A stretch of 64,000 nt of DNA from Candidatus Latescibacterota bacterium (GTDB lineage Bacteria; Latescibacterota; UBA2968), in contig OZ240241.1 of the NCBI GenBank assembly GCA_965198115.1, positions 6,784,001-6,848,000 of the forward strand. The letters are read 5' to 3'. The position numbers were made by a program, and so were the translations under genes. This document shows, piece after piece, positions 59,324-64,000 of this stretch. The notes under the pieces are model-generated. The model made no database searches and was not told where the DNA came from. It was given only the letters and a program-made list of their open reading frames with translations. Positions within the stretch are counted from its first letter, which is position 1; every line of letters starts with the position of its first letter.

Positions 59324-60286
59324 TCAGGAGGCCATCGATCGGTCGATGCCGCTCAACACGCGATAGCACGCATCGACCGTCGGCACCTGAACTCCGAGTC
59401 GTTTTGCTTCACGAACGGTATATCCGAGCGTCTCCTCGATTTCTAACCGAAACCCTCGCTCCACATCCTGGAGCGTCGACATGCGATGCTGCGGTGCCCG
59501 TTCCCTCAGTCCTGCGCCTTCCCTCTGAAGGATGGATGTCGCTTCGTCTTCCGTCGCCCTTGCTACCTGGCCTGCCGGGAACGGCGACTTGTCCTCGATC
59601 GGGACACCGAGGGTCGCGGCGACAGCCGCGGTTTCCTGTATGACGCGGGCCGTGATCCGGGCCGAATCCGAGTCCGACAGGAATTGCCAGGTGGCCAGTC
59701 TGGACAGCACTGACACACTCGCGTAGCCAGACCAGCCGACGAACTTCGACCACTCGACTGATTGGATCGATGCGCTTTCCCCGGAGTTGATGCCCGCGTT
59801 ATTGAGATCGGCCACGATCGCTCCGGTCCGTGTAGACGTGCCCTCTGGTAGCTCACCCAGTTCGACGATCTGATTCAGCGTGAAGCGGACTACACCGTTC
59901 TCGAGAAGCTCGCCGCTCAGGATACCGATGGATCCGAGGACTGCCTCTTCGCCGAAGACATCGATCAACTGCTGGTTTTTGAGGACCCCGTTTTGAACGG
60001 AGAAGACGCTGTCGGCCTGCAAATGCCTCAGTGGCTGGATCGCATCGACGGTGTGGTAGGTCTTAACCGCGACAACTAGGACGTCCGTTTCTGTGACCTG
60101 TCCGGGATCTGTTTCAACACGGCAGGGCGTTGAGATTTCCACGAGCCCAGCAATGGACAGGCCGTGTGTTCGGAGATGTTCCGCCCGTGCACCACGCGCG
60201 AGGAGGGTGACATCTTCGCCTGCTTTGATTAGATGCGCTCCGATGATGCTGCCGAGCGCACCGGCCCCAAGGATGGTGTAGGTCAT
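59324..60286 (-). CDS. panE: Ketopantoate reductase (PanE/ApbA) family
   Basis: ILGAGALG, VAVK, QNG, W.K, MSTLQD..G..LEIE. Confidence 0.88.
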   Translation of the reverse strand: MTYTILGAGALGSIIGAHLIKAGEDVTLLARGARAEHLRTHGLSIAGLVEISTPCRVETDPGQVTETDVLVVAVKTYHTVDAIQPLRHLQADSVFSVQNGVLKNQQLIDVFGEEAVLGSIGILSGELLENGVVRFTLNQIVELGELPEGTSTRTGAIVADLNNAGINSGESASIQSVEWSKFVGWSGYASVSVLSRLATWQFLSDSDSARITARVIQETAAVAATLGVPIEDKSPFPAGQVARATEDEATSILQREGAGLRERAPQHRMSTLQDVERGFRLEIEETLGYTVREAKRLGVQVPTVDACYRVLSGIDRSMAS

Positions 60287-60331
60287 GGACTATGTGGGAA
60301 TGGAAGATAGAACATCGAACATCGACCAGCG

Positions 60332-61015
60332 CTATTGCACATCGCTGTCTGTTACGATGTGAACGGTTTGGTAACACGGGGGATCGCCTTCGAAGGTTCC
60401 GCCGTGTTCCACAAGGCGCGTCGACGACAGCGCCGTTTCGGGCAGCGCCTGGACCGCTGAGGTGTCGTAGCCGTCCACCAGGACGATCCAGTCGGCGATG
60501 TCATCAGGCCTTTCGCGTAGTCGTTTCTCTTCGGTGTCAACCTGGCTTGCCGCTTGATCACACTCCAGCAGACTGGTGCTGACGCAGCCGGGTTGGATCG
60601 CGAGGTTCGGCAAGGCGTCACCGACGAGCCAGTCCCGGAGGTCACCGGCGCGATTGGTCTCGGGTGAAACGCGAAGGGTGAGAACCTGAGTCCCGATTCC
60701 GGATCCGAAGGTTGCCGTCACTTTGCACAGCGAGCGGTTGACATTCTGGAGCGTGGGCACGATGCGCTGCGTCCAGGGCGTCGGATTGTTCAGCCGCTCC
60801 AGGTAAGGAGACGAGGTGAGCGTCGCCAGGCTTTCGACCTCATACATAACCAGATACCTGGGGTTGCCCGAGACCGCGACACCTCGGCGCCCGCGCAGGA
60901 AACCCGGCACTCCAACGCGCTCCATCAGATGCTCGTGGGAGTGCCACGCGTCGTGATCAACCTCGGCCGTGCTGTCGCACCAGATGACCATTGCGCCATC
61001 GCCAAGTAGGCTCAT
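60332..61015 (-). CDS. DUF4286/EthD-like dimeric alpha+beta barrel protein
   Basis: WHSHEHLMERVGVPGF..RR, YLVMYE, YLERLNNPTPW. Confidence 0.65.
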   Translation of the reverse strand: MSLLGDGAMVIWCDSTAEVDHDAWHSHEHLMERVGVPGFLRGRRGVAVSGNPRYLVMYEVESLATLTSSPYLERLNNPTPWTQRIVPTLQNVNRSLCKVTATFGSGIGTQVLTLRVSPETNRAGDLRDWLVGDALPNLAIQPGCVSTSLLECDQAASQVDTEEKRLRERPDDIADWIVLVDGYDTSAVQALPETALSSTRLVEHGGTFEGDPPCYQTVHIVTDSDVQ

Positions 61016-61342
61016 ATCGGGTTATCTGGGTCCACTGGAAGACGATGGTCCCCGTTTCCACGGCTGACGGTGCCGTATTTCTCTTCCAGAAGTTCACCGA
61101 CTTCACGGAAGGCTTCCAATGGCTGGATCGTCAAGCCAATGGTACTTGAACGATTCATCCACCCCGAATCCGACGAAAGTGTAAGAAGGAAAACTCAACG
61201 TTGATGGAAAGGTCGTTCAATTTTCCTCACAGTCTTGCCGTTTCGTCATCCGGCGATGCGGCCTCGAGACGTGTTAGCGATGAGCATCCCAGCGATGACA
61301 GCCCCAGCGCCAAGAAGGAGTATCGCCTTCTACTTTAACGTC

Positions 61343-61371
61343 TTGATGCTTAAGCGTTAAAACGCTATACA
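61343..61371 (+). promoter_or_regulatory. Putative sigma70 promoter with a palindromic operator for the TA operon
   Basis: TTGATG-17 bp-TATACA; inverted repeat AGCGTT-AA-AACGCT at 61353-61366. Confidence 0.55.
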
Positions 61372-61377
61372 TGAAGT

Positions 61378-61611
61378 ATGTCCGAATCCACGAAAAGAAG
61401 CACTGTCTACTTCGATCCGGTCATTCATCGGGCCCTTCGCCTCAAAGCAGCGGAAACGGAACGTTCCATTTCAGATCTTGTGAACGATGCCGTCAAAGCT
61501 GCCCTGGCTGAAGATGCCGAAGATATAGCCGCGTTCGAAGAGCGCTCCAATGAGCCCGATCTATCGTTCGAAGAGGTCGTCAAGGACCTAAAACGCAGTG
61601 GCAAGATATAG
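61378..61611 (+). CDS. Ribbon-helix-helix (CopG-like) antitoxin
   Basis: KRSTVYFD..HRALRLKAA..SISDLVNDA, acidic C-terminus; overlaps the toxin start. Confidence 0.85.
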   Translation: MSESTKRSTVYFDPVIHRALRLKAAETERSISDLVNDAVKAALAEDAEDIAAFEERSNEPDLSFEEVVKDLKRSGKI

Positions 61612-61858
61612 GGTTCTGATCAAGCCATCTGCCGTTCGCGAGATCGAGGCGATACCTCAGAAGGGCCATCGCCAGCGCATTGTGTCCCGAATCCGGGCTT
61701 TGGCGAACGATCCCCGTCCGGCTGGATGCGAAAAGCTATCGGGCCAGGATCGCTATCGCGTCAGACAGGGCACCTATCGGATTGTCTACTCAGTCGAGGA
61801 CGATGCCCTCGTCGTCTTTGTGTTCAAAGTGGGTCACCGGGGGCAGGTCTACCGGTAG
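61598..61858 (+). CDS. relE: RelE/ParE-family toxin
   Basis: PRPAGCEKLSG..YRVRQGTYRIVY, KVGHR..VYR. Confidence 0.92.
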   Translation: MARYRVLIKPSAVREIEAIPQKGHRQRIVSRIRALANDPRPAGCEKLSGQDRYRVRQGTYRIVYSVEDDALVVFVFKVGHRGQVYR

Positions 61859-61891
61859 TCTGATCAGTACATCGTTCCGGCGTCTTCATTG

Positions 61892-62282
61892 TCATTCGTA
61901 TATGTTCTGCATCTGCCACACGTCGAGCCCGCGCAGCGTCGCCTCTGATCCCTGGGCGCGCAGCGAGACGCCCACGCTCTCCTTTCGGCCGGGGTAGACG
62001 CGAACGGCCATACACTGTCGGTCGTTGGCGAAGACTTCGACGACGCTCCTGTCGATGAACACGCGCAGCTTCAGCGTTTCATCTGGTTTCACATAGACGG
62101 GTGCAACCTCCGGAGCTCGAGACTGGACGTCCGGCAGTCCAGACGAGTAGGCGGTATCGATTGAAATCAGGCTGTCACGCCCTTCCTGGAAGCCTTCCCA
62201 GACATTACAACGCCGCCACTCGACGAAGCCCCGCTGCTTGAAGAAAGCGATGCGCGTGTATTCCTCTTTGCTCGGCGCAAGG
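61892..62282 (-). pseudogene. C-terminal beta-sandwich fragment of a GH32 enzyme
   Basis: PSKEEYTRI..LKLRVFIDRSVVEVFAN..RVYP; frame closed upstream, no catalytic propeller. Confidence 0.75.
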
Positions 62283-62299
62283 ATTTAATCAAGTTTGGC

Positions 62300-62890
62300 T
62301 CAATGCGTCGCTTCTTCGCCCCAGATCTCTTTCAATCGACGATCGCGCCCACAGTTCCATCTGTAAACTCTGTACCGAACCGGGCTCTTCTTGTAGAAGT
62401 CCTGGTGGTAGCTTTCGTCACCCTTGATTGGATAGAAGGTTGAGGCACTCAGTATTGGCGTCACAACGTGGTTGTCGGGGAATCTTCTCTGAACGTTTTT
62501 CTTCGTCTCTTCAGCAATCTTCTGCTCAGCCTCGTTGCTGACGAAAATAGCACTCAAGTAGCTGAATCCTTTGTCGCAAAACTGCCCGTCCGCATCGAAA
62601 GGATCGATGTTCACCCAATAGTAGTCCAACAATGCCCTGTAGCTGACAATGTCGGGATCGTAGGTAATCTCGACAGCTTCATAGTGGCCTCGATGATTGC
62701 CGTTGTAAGTCGGATTCTCAACCACGCCCCCAGTGAATCCAGAGATCACATCGGTTACACCCTCGAGCTTCTCGAAGTCCGACTCCATGCACCAGAAGCA
62801 TCCTCCAGCCAATACTGTCTTTTCAGCTCGTGCGCTGGTGACAGAGAGAAGGGCAATCCCCAGGAACAGAAATCCAAACGCTCTTTTCAT
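62300..62890 (-). CDS. msrA: Peptide methionine sulfoxide reductase A with signal peptide
   Basis: AGGCFWCME, GHYEAV, GQFCD, YHQDFY, CGRD; N-terminal MKR + hydrophobic stretch + ARA. Confidence 0.93.
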   Translation of the reverse strand: MKRAFGFLFLGIALLSVTSARAEKTVLAGGCFWCMESDFEKLEGVTDVISGFTGGVVENPTYNGNHRGHYEAVEITYDPDIVSYRALLDYYWVNIDPFDADGQFCDKGFSYLSAIFVSNEAEQKIAEETKKNVQRRFPDNHVVTPILSASTFYPIKGDESYHQDFYKKSPVRYRVYRWNCGRDRRLKEIWGEEATH

Positions 62891-62967
62891 CTTCCGTCCC
62901 CGCTCCTGGTGGGGATCGCGGTCTTCCGCCACGTGCTGGTTCGAATCCAGCCGTTCGCGGTGATTGC

Positions 62968-64000
62968 TCATACTACCTTGCCTCCTATGGCGGTTGCGGA
63001 CTCACCCTCGAGCATCCACGCGAGGTTGAACCGAGCGAGCATCACCTTGTGGTGGTCGATGTCTGACCCGACGTTCGCGCTGCGGCCGATCTCGAAGAGA
63101 AGGTAGACGTTGCCCTGATCGTCGGCGGTGATGGACGAGTAGGCGCTGGGTCCAGGGTAGACGAGACGCTTGACGGTCCAGGTTGTCGCGCCATCGAAGC
63201 TTGCCCAGACCGTCATACGGACACGTGTGCTGCCGGGATTGTCGGGTGTACTGAAGAGGAGCACGTCCTTCCCGTTGGTTGCCTCAGGAGGGATTCGCAC
63301 GAGGCCCGACCCACAACCATAGGCGGGTTTCGTTCCGTACTTGTAGTAGAAGGGCTCGCCTATTTCACGGAGTGTATCACAGACGTGCCAGTCCGTCCAC
63401 CGTTCGCCGCCGTCGTGGCTCCAGGCAATGCGACGTCGATGATCGATCGCCATGTGACAGCGTGAGTTGTAGTAGATGCGTCCATCGGAGAGTTCAGCGA
63501 GTCCGCCTTCTCCGGTGCCGCTCTGCACCGGTTCGCTGACCTGCCACGTCTTGCCGCCGTCGTCGCTGTAGATGGAGGTGTTGTAGTTGTAGGGCCAGTA
63601 CTCCATTGCGTTGTCGCCGACGGAAGGCTGCACGCGAACCGGTACGAGGAGACGACCTCGATGGTCACCGTGCTGCAGCGTCACGCCAGGATCGGAGGCG
63701 GTGCCGTCCGCGGGCGAATTATCCGGTCCGCCGTGGCCGGCTGCGTTTGGAGCAATCGTAGTCGTTTCGTGTTGCCAGGTCTTTCCGTGGTCAGGGCTCC
63801 GCCAGAGGGAGGCATCTTTAGCGCGTACAAGCAGGATGTCGTCGGTGTTCCGGTCGACGACGACGTTACATCCACCTGCTTCCAGCTCTTCGACCGGGCT
63901 CCACGTCTGTCCAGCGTTTTCGCTGCGTCGCATCAGTCGACCGCCCTGGAGGAAGGCGAGGATGGATCCGTTTGCGGCGACGGCGATCTTCGGGCCACGG
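62968..64000 (-). CDS. GH33-like sialidase (5' end outside the window)
   Basis: Asp boxes SENAGQTW, SDDGGKTW, SHDGGERW, SFDGATTW; GRLLVP, GE, AYSS. Confidence 0.85.
   Translation of the reverse strand, partial: RGPKIAVAANGSILAFLQGGRLMRRSENAGQTWSPVEELEAGGCNVVVDRNTDDILLVRAKDASLWRSPDHGKTWQHETTTIAPNAAGHGGPDNSPADGTASDPGVTLQHGDHRGRLLVPVRVQPSVGDNAMEYWPYNYNTSIYSDDGGKTWQVSEPVQSGTGEGGLAELSDGRIYYNSRCHMAIDHRRRIAWSHDGGERWTDWHVCDTLREIGEPFYYKYGTKPAYGCGSGLVRIPPEATNGKDVLLFSTPDNPGSTRVRMTVWASFDGATTWTVKRLVYPGPSAYSSITADDQGNVYLLFEIGRSANVGSDIDHHKVMLARFNLAWMLEGESATAIGGKVV

Noticed and set aside
1-64000. CRISPR array, tRNA/rRNA, retron or diversity-generating retroelement
   Set aside because: No regularly spaced direct repeats, RNA gene signatures, cas genes or reverse transcriptase seen; the similar PhyH pair differs at synonymous sites, not specifically at adenines.

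Overview
A 64-kb, GC-rich (roughly 60%, by eye) bacterial region that is almost entirely small-molecule and glycan catabolic enzymes. It carries ten PhyH-type Fe(II)/2-oxoglutarate dioxygenases, four BNR/sialidase-like genes, two UxuA-like dehydratases, two luciferase-like monooxygenases and three VOC proteins. It also has GH84-, GH95- and GHL10-like and propeller-type glycosidases, an AGE epimerase, YhcH/NanQ, DapA/NanA- and HpcH-type aldolases, amidohydrolases, and an FAD amine oxidase + hydantoinase/oxoprolinase B/A cluster. This repertoire resembles Ca. Latescibacterota/Poribacteria-type genomes (inference only). Mobile or selfish DNA: a complete ISL3 (IRs, 8-bp TSD), a complete ISAzo13-family IS (IRs, TTA TSD on a stop codon), an RHH/RelE toxin-antitoxin pair, and three GTAG...CTAC REP-like palindromes, two of which bracket one intact PhyH gene as an inverted pair. 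About 11 frameshifts, 3 in-frame stops and 3 deletion/fusion junctions point to residual long-read error, gene decay, or both. I saw no rRNA, tRNA, CRISPR array, intact transporter or catabolic regulator. All family calls come from motif recognition by eye, not database searches.
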